Shown: positions 1 through 12,559 of the stretch, in pieces
Numbering within the stretch: the stretch's first letter is position 1
Layout of the letters: each line of letters opens with the position of its first letter
From: Macrostomum lignano
Lineage: Eukaryota
Reading direction: 5' to 3'
Length of the DNA: 64,000 nucleotides
Assembly (NCBI GenBank): GCA_002269645.1
Contig: NIVC01000195.1
Coordinates: 434,001-498,000, forward strand
Program-made: the position numbers and the translations under genes
The notes under the pieces: model-generated
Databases searched by the model: none
The model's input: only the letters and a program-made list of their open reading frames with translations
What the model was told of the DNA's origin: nothing

Positions 1-101
1 CCTGCTGAACCTGGACGACGATTTGCCGTCGGCGACGGTGGCTGCCACGACAGTGACTGCGGCTGTGGATCAGCAGCAGCAGCAGCAGCTGTTGCGACAA
101 G
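1..101 (+). CDS. NKX2-2: NK2 homeobox gene, first coding exon (5'-partial)
   Basis: Frame from base 2 reads LLNLDDDLPSATVAATTVTAAVDQQQQQQLLRQ; (D)LLNL resembles the end of the TN/eh1 motif. Donor G|GTGAGG at 101/102 is phase 1, matching the acceptor at 1860-1861. Confidence 0.7.
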
Positions 102-1861
102 GTGAGGCTGAGACACTGATCTTTGCTCTGCTGATTGCTCTGCTTCTAAGCATAGTGGGGATTGCTACGAGGGTGGGGGCAACTCGCGCTAATGCATTTA
201 CGGTTGAGAGATGAGATTCAATCCAGAGCTGCTGGAAAGATTTTTTCGGGATTCGTATCTGGGGATGGGATCTCAGACAGCAGCAATTAGGCCCCCCCCA
301 GCTTCAGATCCTCATCTCAGGCAACGAAGCACAGTTGAAGAAGACGATGAGAAAAGGTAAAAGGGGAGCGAGTGAGTAGGGGAGGGGGACTCAGCCAGGC
401 AAAGTTTCCAGTTGGAGCAACTCATTAAGAGCGATGCGCCGAGCTGGATGGCAAACAAGGGTGAAAAAGCCTTCGCTATGCAGCAAGGCCGATTTGCAAC
501 AGCAGCAGACAAAAGCGGACGGCACGCCAGGGCACGGCTGGCTGAGCAGGCGCGCAGATTAGCGGGGGAGTCGCTGAGTTGGAAGCCGCATGGCCACACA
601 GATACGGCAGGCAAGTCATGCAACAGCCCTGCCGCTTAATCAAACTGATTTTTAAAACAAAGAGCTGCTTGGCAGTTGAGTCCGGGGCGGAGGGGAAGGA
701 CAGCGAGGCTGAGGATTCCAGCGCATCATTTCGATCTCCCGCGGCGTCAGTTTTGGAAGGCCGCTGTAAAGGCGTTTCTAATGGCCGGCCGTGTTTGCCC
801 GCCGGGCACGCGGAAGAGGCCCGGAGTGACGGCGGTCAGCTGGGCACTGAACTGGCTTTCAGGCATTGATTTGGGGCGAATGCGACAGCCGCAGAGCACT
901 CTCTCAGTATCAGAGACTCGCACAGGTGCGGGCTCAGCGTGACGCCTCTCTCTCTCTCTCTCTCTCTTTGTTCGCGAGCCGCCATCAATCGGAGAGCACG
1001 GGAGGGGTGGCAAATGGGCGCATAGGTGGCTTTTAAACAGTTTCTGCTTTAGAAGCGCCAGAGGGGGGGGGGGCGGAGTCCGCTTCGATTGCTTTTCGGC
1101 CAGCGCATTCACAATGGGAATAGATCGATAGCAGCGGGACAGAGGGCCGCGTGTGCAGCAATGCCGGGAGAAATGGCGATTCCGCAACTGCCGGCGAAAA
1201 CGACTGGATTGGCAAAGCATGAAGCAGAGGGTGATGGGGATTTCACTGCAGCAATATTCGATCCGAGAGGAGCAGTGAGCAGGCCAGCGCCTGGCAATTA
1301 AGTGTGTTTAGCTCAAATTCGGCCACCGTGTGGCTTCAAGTCAAAGGCTGATTGCGCAATCCCTTATACTCACTCCAGTGCGAGTGGCCCCGGCAACCCC
1401 GGGGAACTTCAATCAAAATTGCCAACTGTCCAAGCGGAAAGGGGGAGGCTCGTAAAACATATAGAATTGAAGGTGACAAGAGAAATTGGCAACAGGTCGG
1501 GAGAGGGGCAGGGGCGAAAAACTTTCCCATAGCAAGCCGCGCGTGAAATGCTGAGATGGGCCGGGGCTGTCATTAAAGCTTCAATTTCGATCCCTGATCC
1601 CCGTTGTCCGGCAGAGCCACCCCAGCCGGGTCTCCAAGGCCCCAGCGATCGATTGTTATCTAGCGCAGGCGCAAAGACAATAAGTCAAAAAAGCAAGGGG
1701 CCCTCGCAACAGGGCATGGAAGGTTCCGAAGGGGATGATTGGGGATAAGCCTTCCAGATGTCAGGGTCTCAGATTACATCTACAAGCTACTAAGCTGAGC
1801 GCCATTGTTGCTCAGCGCAGACTCAAAAATGATTTCGGCCCTCAATTCACTGTGCCCGCAG

Positions 1862-2673
1862 GCGGCAGTCCCGGCGGCGGCAGCAGCGAGCGCTGGCCCT
1901 GCAGCTCTGAGGCGGACGAAGCGGCCCCGCTGCCGTCCAGCGGCTGCTACGAGCTGGACGAATACACGGACGAATACGAGGGCGACGCCGAAGAGGAGGC
2001 GGCGGGCCTTGTGCTAGAGGATGAGGAGGACGAGGATGAGGTGTCAGCCGAAGGCTTCAGCGGTGGCGGCGGGGGCGGCGGCGCGGCTCGCGGAGGCGAT
2101 CAGCTGGGCGGCGGCAAGGTGAAGAAGCGCAAGCGGCGCGTGCTGTTTACCAAGCAGCAGTGCTACGAGCTTGAGCGGCGGTTCCGCCAGCAGAGATACC
2201 TGTCCGCGCCCGAGCGAGAGCACCTGGCTAGCATCATCAACCTGACGCCGACGCAGGTGAAGATCTGGTTCCAGAACCACCGCTACAAGTGCAAGCGGGC
2301 CAGCCAGGAGAAGGACGCTCACCACCATCATCACCACGATGGGCGGCACCTGCTGGACCTGGAGGTCGGCGGCCATCTAAGCTCGCCGAAGCGAGTCTCC
2401 GCACCCGTGCTGGTGAGGGACGGCAAGTCCGCCTGCCCGCCGTCGCTGCTGCCCGGCCATCACCTGCCGCTGCCCCTGCCGTTCCCGTTCGGCGCTCCCG
2501 GCGGTCATTTCCCGGCGCCGCCGCCTCCGCTACTCGGATCGTTTCTGGGTCACCCGGGCCTCTGCCCGCTGCCGCTGCCGGGGACACCCTGGTGGCCGGC
2601 GACCACCAGCAGCAGCGGCGGTGGCGGCAGCAGCGGTAACAGTGGAGTTGGCGGTGGCACTGCAGGCAACTGA
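1862..2673 (+). CDS. NKX2-2: NK2.2/vnd homeodomain protein, exon 2
   Basis: Homeodomain [59 protein letters not shown] with NK2-diagnostic Tyr54; NK2-specific domain [15 protein letters not shown]; acceptor CCCGCAG|; stop TGA 2671-2673; AATAAA 2950-2955. Confidence 0.93.
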
Positions 2674-5600
2674 CATTTTTTGATTGACAGACAGGCGCAC
2701 TCAGATAGCACGCACATACACAATATGCGTACAAGTGATTCAGTCTTGCTGTTTTCATTTCAATTTTCTTGACACATCTGCTGGTATTTGTGTAAATTTG
2801 CAGCCCACAGTCCTCCGTGCATTGCATATTGTCTTTTTCAGCCAGCCCCCCTCCAGTGTGACCAGCACTGCGTCTCCCCTCTGTCCGCGTCTGCGTCCCT
2901 CGCCCACAATGATGTCGGTTTGATTTGCAACCAATCTGGATGAATAGTGAATAAAAGTTTTAATTCGATTCCTCATTTATTAACAAGTCTCACGGCTTCT
3001 GCACTCTTCAAAGCGCACAGGACTGCCCACCCTGCTCAGCGGCTTCAGTTTCTTGTCACCGCGCGGTGCTCAATTAAATTTGCCAAGATTCGAATTGCCA
3101 GACCTGCATCCAGTTCCCGAACGAGCAGCCCTTGGAGACGCATAAGAGGGGGCGGGGCCGGGCCCATAGACAGCAGTGGCCAGGCTGAGATTAGGGTCCC
3201 TGGGGACCGTTGCCAAGCCAGGTATGGTGAGGGGATCCCGCTATTTCTATTTCCCAGAAGCCACTCCCAGTAATTACGAGGTTCTCAAGACAGAGAGCAA
3301 CAATTTTCACTTTTTGCAGTGGCGGCCAGCCGTGCTAAAAAGATTTTCCTTCGACAATTGACGGGAACGCGGTGAAGGGGGGCGGGGCGGGCCCGGCTTA
3401 GACGAATCGAGTCGAATTCCTAGACAGCTCGGAGCTGATGGCATAATCCCCAGCCGCGGCACAATGGGGGGCCATATGGCAGATCGGGACTCCGCTTTAC
3501 CATACGGTGTCAGATAAGCACTGAAACCATGACTTGGACTCCGGAGTCCATCGCCACGACTGCAGTTGACTTACTGCCCCCTGCTTTACATAAAAAAGCT
3601 GGGAAAGTGGGAAAGCCGAGCGATCAATCAAAGGCTAAGCCGCTCGTCGAGCTCGAATATTTTAGCAGCGCCCAGCCTTCCGTGTGTCAAAGCACGTAAA
3701 AAAGGTGTGAGATGAGCCACTCTGCAGGCAGGAGGGCCCGGGCGGTCCTTCTCCCTGGCGTGTGTTTGCCCGCGATCCATCAGGACAGCAGGCGGGCGGA
3801 CAGACGGGGGACAAACAGAAGCCGGGCCGCTGTATGGGAGAATCAGTGCTTGAAATGCGGGAGATGGGAATTTGATAGCGGGCGCAGAGTAAACGGCCCG
3901 ATGACAGCGGGGCCCCTGACCCGCGCAGCCAGGCTGTCCCCACCTTGACTCGGTCGCAGAGCCCCCCTCCCCCCGGAAATAAAATAGCGACGGGTCCGGC
4001 AGCGCCGATCAGCGCGGGAGAAACCCGAGAAAGGCTGGCGGACGCTCCTTAATTCCGGCTGCTTGACTTCGCGGGCCGAGGCGGGGGCCGAGCTCAGACT
4101 CGGGCCGGGTGTGTCCCCATGGCGTGACGCATCCCCCCGATACGGATGATGAGCACACAGAGAAAACAACAAAAAGCCTGGCCTCTTTTGACTTTCGATT
4201 CGTTCGGCCGCCCCGTCACCCGGCGCAGCTCAGCAGCGAAAAACGCATAAAATTCGGCTTAAGCGAGCCCTCGGCGCCTCTCTTGTCCTGTGCTCACAAG
4301 GGGAGCCGAGGGGACTCGGGGCCAAGGCTCAGTCTGCTGCGGCCTGCTCCGACAATGGCCTTCCCAGCCTGTGAGGATCCCGGAGTGGCACAACTCAGGG
4401 ACAGTTTTTAGCGAAAGTGAGGAGACAGGAAGATGGGAGAGAGGGACTGGGGTGATGATGGGAGAGCGGGGGACTCAGGTGAGGAGGCGCTTGATTCCTA
4501 CTCCTCTTTCTGTTTATTTTTTACGATGCACTCCCATTAGGCCAACTTCCTTGCATAGCGCTGGGCCAGGTCGCAAGACAGGGGCACTCAGGAAGCAGAG
4601 TGGTGGGCCCGGCAGGCAGGCTTGTAAATCCTTGGTCTGCAGCTCTCACTTAAGTTCGGGAAGGAGGAAGAGAGTCGCCAGCCACACGACTTTCTCACTC
4701 ACCTACTCCACCAATAAAAAATACAATATAAGACAAAGGAGAAGACAAGCGGGGGATCTGGGCAAGGCAGAGCGGTTTTAGGGGAGTCGGAAGCCGGAGC
4801 GATGATGGGAAGAGGCGATTTTGGGGAAGGGGATGAGAGGAGTAAGCCAGTGATGGAGCGCGCCATCAGCTGTCACAGGAAGCGCAGGGACTGGTAGGCA
4901 GAGTGTATCAGGAGGCCACTGCAAACGCAGCGGACACGTGCTCAATGTTAGAGACGAGTGGCCACAGCCTCTCCCGAGCCCGAGCGGGTGGCACTTGAGC
5001 AGCGTGTCCAATTTGTACGGCTCTTTCGCGCAGCCGCTCGGCTGCTCGGCGGTGAAAGGGGGGGGGGCAGCCAGCACTCGAAGGCCCGCAAGGGTGCGAG
5101 GCCAGAGAGGGTGAGTGGGCAAACAGTGCGGACACACTGCCAGCAAATACACATACAGTCAGCTATGCCGGAGCAACAGGGGTGTGATGCAACCCCCCCC
5201 CCCGGGGAGAAATCGGCCCAGCTCTTCTAGATTCTCCCATTCGAACATGTTCGCAAGTTTGATAGGCAAGTTTGTAAAGAAGTCACTCCAGGGCTTGACT
5301 GAAAGCAGTTTATGAGCTATTGGCGATGCAGAGCCGGAGCACAATATTGTTTATCTGGCTTTGTTGCCTCAGGAAGCTGCCTGGCTGAATGCAGTAACGC
5401 TGATCTGAGGGCGGAGCGGCCACTCGAGCGGCACTCGTCGATCCTGTTGAGTCGCAGCGAGATTTTAATAACAGACCGAAGAGACCCGCTCAGCCCTTGC
5501 CGAGAATCTCCGCAAAATAACTTTTGATGAGGCCCCCAGCTGCCTCACAGCATTTTGGAGAAATTGGAGATCCACTCCGCCCATGTGACAGCTTGGGGAT

Positions 5601-7424
5601 TTTCTCCACCTCCTGTGAAGCCGGGGGCTAGGGATCCGCGCTTGGCAAGAATGAGAGAAAAGTTATTGCTGGCCAAATATTGATTGAGAGCCTGGCGATG
5701 GCAGCGGAAAAGCCTAAAAAACACGGCGAGTCGTGCCAGTCTCAGGTGCAAGCGAGTAAACAAGGCAGCACTTCCGCGCCAAGCCCTCGGCCAGCCAAGT
5801 GATCTCTTGTGCGCGCCTTTTTTAATTGCTGAGGCGCTAATGGCTCGCGGGCCGCGGCTTAACTACTTAAATCAACTGCAGCGGCTAGCGGGACTGCGGG
5901 CTCATCACGGCAGCCTGGCCGGGCAAACACGGCGCATTCGCAGGAATTGAGTGGGGCCTGAGTGACGCCCGCTCAGCATTCTGTTTGACAACCGGTTGCA
6001 GGCACCCCCGGCTGGAGGCTGCGAAACAGACACCGAGTAAATCGGAAGTGACTGGGGAACTGGAGGAGGGGAAGAGATAGGGATAAAAAGTGAGAGTCAC
6101 TGGTGCTGAAGCAAGCGGAAGGCACGCGCGATTGACGCGAGTGCGGGTTAAGCGGCGGCCCAGCAGCCTCTGCAGCCACAAGTTGCGGCCCGAGTGGCGG
6201 CTGCGGCTGCGGCTGCGGCCATTTAGGCTGGGCGCGGAGTCCTGGAGAAGAGGGAGGAGGCGGGAACGCTCAGCGAGGATGAGACTGCGGGAAGATGATG
6301 GAGAGCAAAGAAGCTGCAGAAGCAGTAAGTCTAAAAAGAGAGAACAATGGAAACAGTGTAAGAGCAGAGATGAGAGAGCGGAGCACGGAAGCCTGAGAGC
6401 GCAGCAATGAAGCATTGAGAGGGATCGTGAGAGACTTTAATTCGCCAGTGATCTGCCATTATCAGCGAGTCAATACCGGCCCGGCGGCAGGATGCGTGGC
6501 ACTGCTGGAGTTGCCACTCCGGGCGATGCGAGAGCGCTGCAAACAGAGCGCTGCAGGCCTGACCAACTCGCTTTTAGCCAGCAACAATCGGCCACTTAAG
6601 CCCCCGAAGCGGCCTGAAAGCCTTCATCATCAGTTCCTCATCCCGCTTTGCACCGCGGCCGGACTGCCAGACCCACGGGCGCCCTCCATCCATGCGCTGC
6701 CGCCTCGCGATCGCCTCCTCTGCATGCCGGGTCAGCGAAACTCCGGTAAAGGCAGCTGCCGGGCACGCGGACAGCCGGCCGGGGACAAAGAAGGTGCCAG
6801 ACGCCGAGCTCAACAGCCCGGCGATCCGCTTCTCAATAAAAAAGCGCCCGTTTTTTTATCACTCAAACTGGAGGCATTTTCAAGCAGAGAGACGTTTTTT
6901 AGGGGGCCACATGACCCCTTCTCCCCGCCTACTTGAGCTGAGAGCCGCAGCCCCGCCTCCCAGGGTGACTTCGGGGCCTTGATCAACACAGCAGCCCGGC
7001 TTAGCCACACACCCTGTGACCCCATAGCCAGGCTGCTCACTTGTTTGAGCACAGCCGCCTGCGGTGTTGCCCTGACTAAACACGAACTTAATTCCCATCC
7101 CGCTGACCCCGCCAGCTCGGCCAGGTGCGCACCGGGAGGGCCAACCGGATGCCAACTGCCGAGGGAATCCGGATTGGGTTACCGAGCTAAAATCACTTCC
7201 CAATTGGGGATTAACAAAGACTACTATTTGCAGTGTCAGTAAGTTGAAAACACTGGGGAAAGTTCTGAATTAAATCGATCTAAGTGCTTAAAAATAGGCA
7301 AAATTAGCACAAAATGCTGAGCTTGTATTGCAGCCTCGCAGCAGCACACACGCCAGGTCAAGCAGAGAAAATAGCAAAGGTGTGTACGCTCTGATAAACA
7401 CAGGATACTGCTCAAGCAGCGATT

Positions 7425-8470
7425 GAGCTGCTTCTCACTCCATCTCCAGCGATTTCTTACCCATCTCCAGCTGCCTCTCACCCCATCTCCAGCTACCTCT
7501 CACTCCATCTCCAGCTACCTCTCACTCCATCTGCAGCTACCTCTCACCCCATCTCCAGCTACCTCTCACTCCATCTGCAGCTACCTCTCACTCCATCTCC
7601 AGCTGCCTCTCACCCCATCTGCAGCTACCTCTCAACCCATATCCAGCTACCTCTCACCCCATCTCCAGCTACCTCTCACTCCATCTCCAGCTACCTCTCA
7701 CTCCATCTCCAGCTACCTCTCACTCCATCTCCAGCTGCCTCTCACCCCATCTGAAGCTACCTCTCACTCCATCTCCAGCTGCTTCTCACCCCATCTCCAG
7801 CTACCTCTCACTCCATCTCCAGCTACCTCTCACTCCATCTCCAGCTACCTCTCACTCCATCTCCAGCTACCTCTCACTCCATCTCCAGCTACCTCTCACT
7901 CCATCTCCAGCTGCCTCTCAACCCATATCCAGCTACCTCTCACTCCATCTCTAGCTACCTCTCACTCCATCTCCAGCTACCTCTCACTCCATCTCCAGCT
8001 ACCTCTCACTCCATCTCCAGCTGCCTCTCACCCCATCTGCAGCTACCTCTCACCCCATCTCCAGCTGCTTCTCACCCCATCTCCAGCTACCTCTCACCCC
8101 ATCTCCAGCTGCTTCTCACCCCATCTCCAGCTGCTTCTCACCCCATCTCCAGCTGCTTCTCACCCCATCTCCAGCTGCCTCTCAACCCATCTACAGTTAC
8201 CTCACCGCATCTCCAGTTACCTCTCACTCCATCTCCAGCTACCTCTCACTCCATCTCCAGCTGCCTCTCACTTCATCTCCAGCTGCCGCTCACCCCATCT
8301 CCAGCTGCCGCTCACCCCATCTCCAGCTGCCTCTCACCCCATCTGCAGCTACCTCTCACTCCATCTCCAGCTGCCGCTCACCCCATCTCCAGCTGCCTCT
8401 CACCCCATCTGCAGCTACCTCTCACTCCATCTCCAGCTGCCGCTCACCCCATCTCCAGCTGCCTCTCACC
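7425..8470. repeat. ~22-nt minisatellite (ctcactccatctccagctacct)
   Basis: Dozens of tandem variants directly abutting the anamorsin exon donor. Confidence 0.95.
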
Positions 8471-8503
8471 CACCCCAACCCAGCAACTCCGGCGCAGCTC
8501 TAC

Positions 8504-8871
8504 CTGGCAACCAACATGCCGTCTCCCTCAGCCTCGACCCCCACGAATCCGGCCAGCGTGAGGTCCCGCCGGATAGCCTCGAGCGACTCGCTGCTGGCCA
8601 ACGGCAGTCGAACGGCGCCGCCTGGCCGGAGCAGCGGCAGAAGTCGGCCAAGCTGTTCGCGGCCGAGGCCCAGCGGGTGGGCGCCGATGAGGTCGGTGAC
8701 GCCGCCGAACAGCGGGTGCTGGCCGACCGAGTCCAGCAAGCGGTCCAGCTGCTCCAGCTGCACCCGAGCGCCCCCGGTGGTCAGGGCGGCCATCAGCTCG
8801 GACAGGGACTCGGGGGTGGCCTCCCGCCACAGCAGCATCGCCACGGAGTCTGCGGTCAGTGCGGCAGGCAT
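8504..8871 (-). CDS. CIAPIN1: Anamorsin/Dre2 N-terminal SAM-methyltransferase-like domain (first coding exon)
   Basis: MPAALTADSVAMLLW...RVQLEQLDRLL...EQLGRLLPLLRPGG...LTLAGFVGV matches the anamorsin N-domain pattern (V+W, RV.+E.+..LL, ILRPGG, L.LSG+V). Acceptor CCCGCAG| 2 nt before ATG; donor AG|GTAGAG at 8504/8503. Cys-rich C-terminal exons not found in the window. Confidence 0.72.
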
Positions 8872-8904
8872 TGCTGCGGGAGGGAGACCGAGCAGGAACT
8901 GATT

Positions 8905-9830
8905 TGTGATCGGTCAGTACTGGCTGTGACTAACGAGAACTGGCTGTATATTCGGTGGGAACTGACTGTATGACCAATGAAAACTAGCTGTGTGGCTTAT
9001 GGATTGAAAGTGTGATCAGCGCGGAAACTGGCTGTGTGATGAGCGGGAACTCACTGTGTGACCAATGAAAATAGGCTGTTTGATCAGCGGGAACTGGCTG
9101 TGTGATCAGCGGGAACTGGCTGTGTGACCAGCGGGAACTGGCTGTGTGATCAGCGGGAACTGGCTGTGTGATCAGCGGGAACTGGCTGTGATCAGTGGAA
9201 ACTGGCTGTGTGATGAGCGGGAACTCGCTGTGTGACCAATGAAAATAGGCTGTTTGATCAGCGGGAACTGGCTGTGTGATCAGCGGGAAATGGCTGTTTG
9301 ATCAGTGGGAACTGGATGTGTGATAAGCGGGAACTGGCTGTGTGATCAGCGGGAACTGGCTGTGTGATCAGCGGGAACTGGATGCGTGATCAGCGGGAAC
9401 TGGCTGTGATCAGTGGAAACTGGCTGTGTGATGAGCGGGAACTCGCTGTGTGACCAATGAAAATAGGCTGTTTGATCAGCGGGAACTGGCTGTGTGATCA
9501 GCGGGAACTGGTTGTGTGATCAGCGGGAACTGGATGCGTGATCAGCGGGAACTGGCTGTGTGATCAGCGGGAAATGGCTGTTTGATCAGTGGGAACTGGA
9601 TGTGTGATAAGCGGGAACTGGCTGTGTGATCAGCGGGAACTGGATGTGTGATCAGCGGAAACTGGCTGTGTGATCAGCGGGAACTGGATGTGTGATCAGC
9701 GGGAACTGGCTGTGTGATCAGCGGGAACTGGATGTGTGATCAGCGGAAACTGGCTGTGTGATCAGCGGGAACTGGATGTGTGATCAGCGGGAAATGGCTG
9801 TTTGATCAGTGGGAACTGGCTGTGATCGGT
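8905..9830. repeat. ~22-nt minisatellite (gatcagcgggaactggctgtgt)
   Basis: Tandem array immediately upstream of the anamorsin acceptor. Confidence 0.95.
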
Positions 9831-10777
9831 GCTGCGGTTAGGAAAGCCAGAGATGGGTGTCTATGGCATTCTATTCTTAGAGCGCAAGAGCTCAGCCCTA
9901 GAGCAATCCGCAGTTATGATGAAGCAGGCCTGAAGAGGTCACTAGTGAGTGGGTGCCCCGAGTGGGGTGGCATCCAGCATCGCATTAGTCACGAGAAGCC
10001 GCAACTCAAGCAGATAAAAGCTACTGGAGTTCCAGCAGCTCCCCATATCGGGTGATGAATGATGCGGCCCAGAGCATCCTCCAGCTTGTAGCCATCAAGT
10101 TTTCAGACCAAAAAGCAAATAAAGACAGATATTTGTCCCGAGTGCCTGGCTGTGCACGGGAGAGCAACCCCCCCACAGAGCAGATCTCCAGCTGGTAAAC
10201 AGTGTGGCTGAGTATTCACACACTGGAGCAGTGAGTGCAGTGCGAATTAGAATAGCTTTCTCTAGTTCACATCCGGTCTCCCCAGATTCGCCAACATCTA
10301 TGCGCTACTTTGAGTAGCAATATGCGCAAATAAACTAAGAAAAAAGCTGACTAACTGAAATAAAATTGCTTTTATTGATTGAATGCAATAGTAGGAACTA
10401 GCAGTAGGGTCATAGCAAAATGCAATCAAATTATACTAAAATTCCTGTACACTGTCTCCATCGGGGAGCTTACAAAACAGCCTCCAAAAATAGACTAATA
10501 ATAAGCGCAAGACACTACTATTAGCAAGCATATAAAAATTGTCTGTTGAGATCGCGGGTCACTGGGGACGCGGGTTAAAATGAACCAATTCGAAAGCGTG
10601 CAGCACCTGAGCAGGCCATGCCGGCTTGCGTTGAAGTTGAGCAATTTGACTCAGAGAAATATAGAAACAAAATGCATTTGAGACTACTGAACACGGCTGA
10701 CATAGGAACTACGCGTTAGAAGTTCATGCACAGATCCGGATAGGGATAAAACTCCCAGTAACAGTTTCAAAACTGAT

Positions 10778-11749
10778 TCACGAGCTGCCGGACATTCGGC
10801 CGATGGAGTGCAGCGGCGTCAGGCGCTGATTGCGCGACAGGCCCAGGCGGAGGCCGGGCGACGGCGCGGCTCCCAACGGCTTGGCGGCGGGCGCGGGCGT
10901 CGATGGCGTCTTGGCGGCGCCGAGCTGGCTGCTGGCGCCCCCGACTGCACGCGCTGGCGGCGTCCAGGCGGCGGCAACACGGATGTTTGATCGACCGACG
11001 GACGGAGTTGCGGCCTTAGCAACCGTCGAAGACGCCTTGGCAACGGCTGGAGAGGCCTTAGCAACGGTCGGTGAAGCTTTAGCAACGGTCGGTGAAGCTT
11101 TAGCAATAGGCGGTGGCGCTTTCGTAGCGGCCTTAGCAACGCTTAGTGATGCCTTAGCAACAGCTGGCGATGCCGCGGGCGCAGTCGATTCCAATGCCGG
11201 CGTTGGCGAGGCAGCCGCGGCGGCAGCGGTGGCCGCCTTGCCGAACTTCGGGCTGACCGTATCGGCGGAGTCCCCGGCAGCTGCCTCGGCTGGGGCGGCG
11301 GAGCCCACTCTAGCAGAGGTCGCCTTCTTGCGCTGCCCAGCCCGAGGCGAAGTTGCAGCAGCGCCGTTGGATTTCACAGCCGCCTTCTTTGACGCGGTAG
11401 CGGGCGGCTTGGCCTTGGCGGCCTTGCCTGCCTTCTTACCGGCCGGCTCCGACTTTTTCTTCTTAGCGGCCGGAGCGCCGCCGTCGCTGCCCGATGAAGA
11501 GGCGGCGGAGGCCTCGCCCGAGGATGCGCCGCTCTCCTCATCGGATGACGAGGCTTCGCCAGCGAAGGCGTCCTCGTCGCTGCTGTCGTCCGACTTCTTC
11601 TTGGATCGGCCGGGGGCGGCCTTCTTGCCAGCCGCCGCCGCCGCCGTCTTATTGGCCGCGGCGTCGCCACCCGACAGGTCCTCGAAGTCATCTTCGCTGT
11701 CCCCGGCGTCGAATTTGGCGTAATCAACTCGCTTGCGAGCGCGCGTCAT
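10778..11749 (-). CDS. RAD51AP1: RAD51-associated protein 1 / NUCKS family protein, single coding exon
   Basis: N-terminal RKRVDYAKFDAGDSEDDF and C-terminal WTPPA and SPGLRLGLSRNQRLTPLH correspond to the RAD51AP1 motifs (VNYSQF..SDDDF; WVPPA; LRLGLSR..RVKPLH); Lys/Ser/acidic low-complexity middle; AATAAA (-) at 10371-10376. Confidence 0.8.
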   Translation of the reverse strand: MTRARKRVDYAKFDAGDSEDDFEDLSGGDAAANKTAAAAAGKKAAPGRSKKKSDDSSDEDAFAGEASSSDEESGASSGEASAASSSGSDGGAPAAKKKKSEPAGKKAGKAAKAKPPATASKKAAVKSNGAAATSPRAGQRKKATSARVGSAAPAEAAAGDSADTVSPKFGKAATAAAAAASPTPALESTAPAASPAVAKASLSVAKAATKAPPPIAKASPTVAKASPTVAKASPAVAKASSTVAKAATPSVGRSNIRVAAAWTPPARAVGGASSQLGAAKTPSTPAPAAKPLGAAPSPGLRLGLSRNQRLTPLHSIGRMSGSS

Positions 11750-11814
11750 CGTGAGAGAGCCTGGGCGGGCGCTACTGCTCGCGCTGCAATTGGGACCATC
11801 AGCCTCCGGCCCTG

Positions 11815-11970
11815 AGCCACGGATTCTGACTCCACCAGACTCCTGATCCATGGATTCTGACTCCACCAGACTTCTGACCCACATATTCTGACTCCAATAG
11901 ACTCCTGACCTACTGATTCTGACTCCACCAGACTCCTGACCCACAGACTCTGATTCCAACAGACTCCTGG
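11815..11970. repeat. Short degenerate tandem repeat (ttctgactccaccagact)
   Basis: About 5 degenerate copies upstream of the RAD51AP1 acceptor. Confidence 0.75.
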
Positions 11971-12559
11971 AACACAATGACTAATAAGTACTTATTTACT
12001 GTCAGTAGACTAGCTCAATATTTCAGCAAATTGAACTGAAATGTCTCCTGTCTCACTTACGAGGTCGCCCATTATAAGCAACAGGTCAGCGCCTCGTGTG
12101 CTGGACAAGAGCTCTCTAAGCAGTGCTGTGCCCCCGGCTAGGCACTGACCGCAGCTATGGCATTCTCATGCGAATGCTGCGCTCAATTTATTTGAGCATG
12201 GGGGGTTCTGTTGGACTCAATGAGATCATCAGCTTGCTATTATGACATTCAGCTGTCACTTGCCTCACTTACGAGGTCGCCCACTATGAGCAGGTCGGCG
12301 CCTCGTGTGCTGGACAAGACTGAGTGAGCTCTGCTGTGGCCCCGCAGGCAGCTCGGGCGCAGCAGATTTGGTGGCTGCCTGCCGGAGTTCTGCGACACCG
12401 TGCGGGGATCGGGCGGGCGCTGCGGAATCCCATGCTAGCACTGCAGCTCCCAGGCTATTCAACTAATAAGACAAATAACAATGAAGATGATGACACTTTA
12501 ACACTGAAGTTCGAAATCTATATAAATGCAGCTTGTATTTGATTCAGCAAACAGCAGAC

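Noticed and set aside
4640-6600. Three NK2 binding heptamers (CACTTAA/CACTTGA) suggesting autoregulation
   Set aside because: About one is expected by chance in this span; three is not persuasive without conservation data.
7423-8973. 516-aa plus-strand ORF
   Set aside because: It is the translation of a minisatellite plus the antisense of the anamorsin exon; the start is not ATG.
9915-10060. ATGATGA...CTGA, a possible C/D snoRNA
   Set aside because: Boxes are too close together, with no terminal D box or terminal stem.
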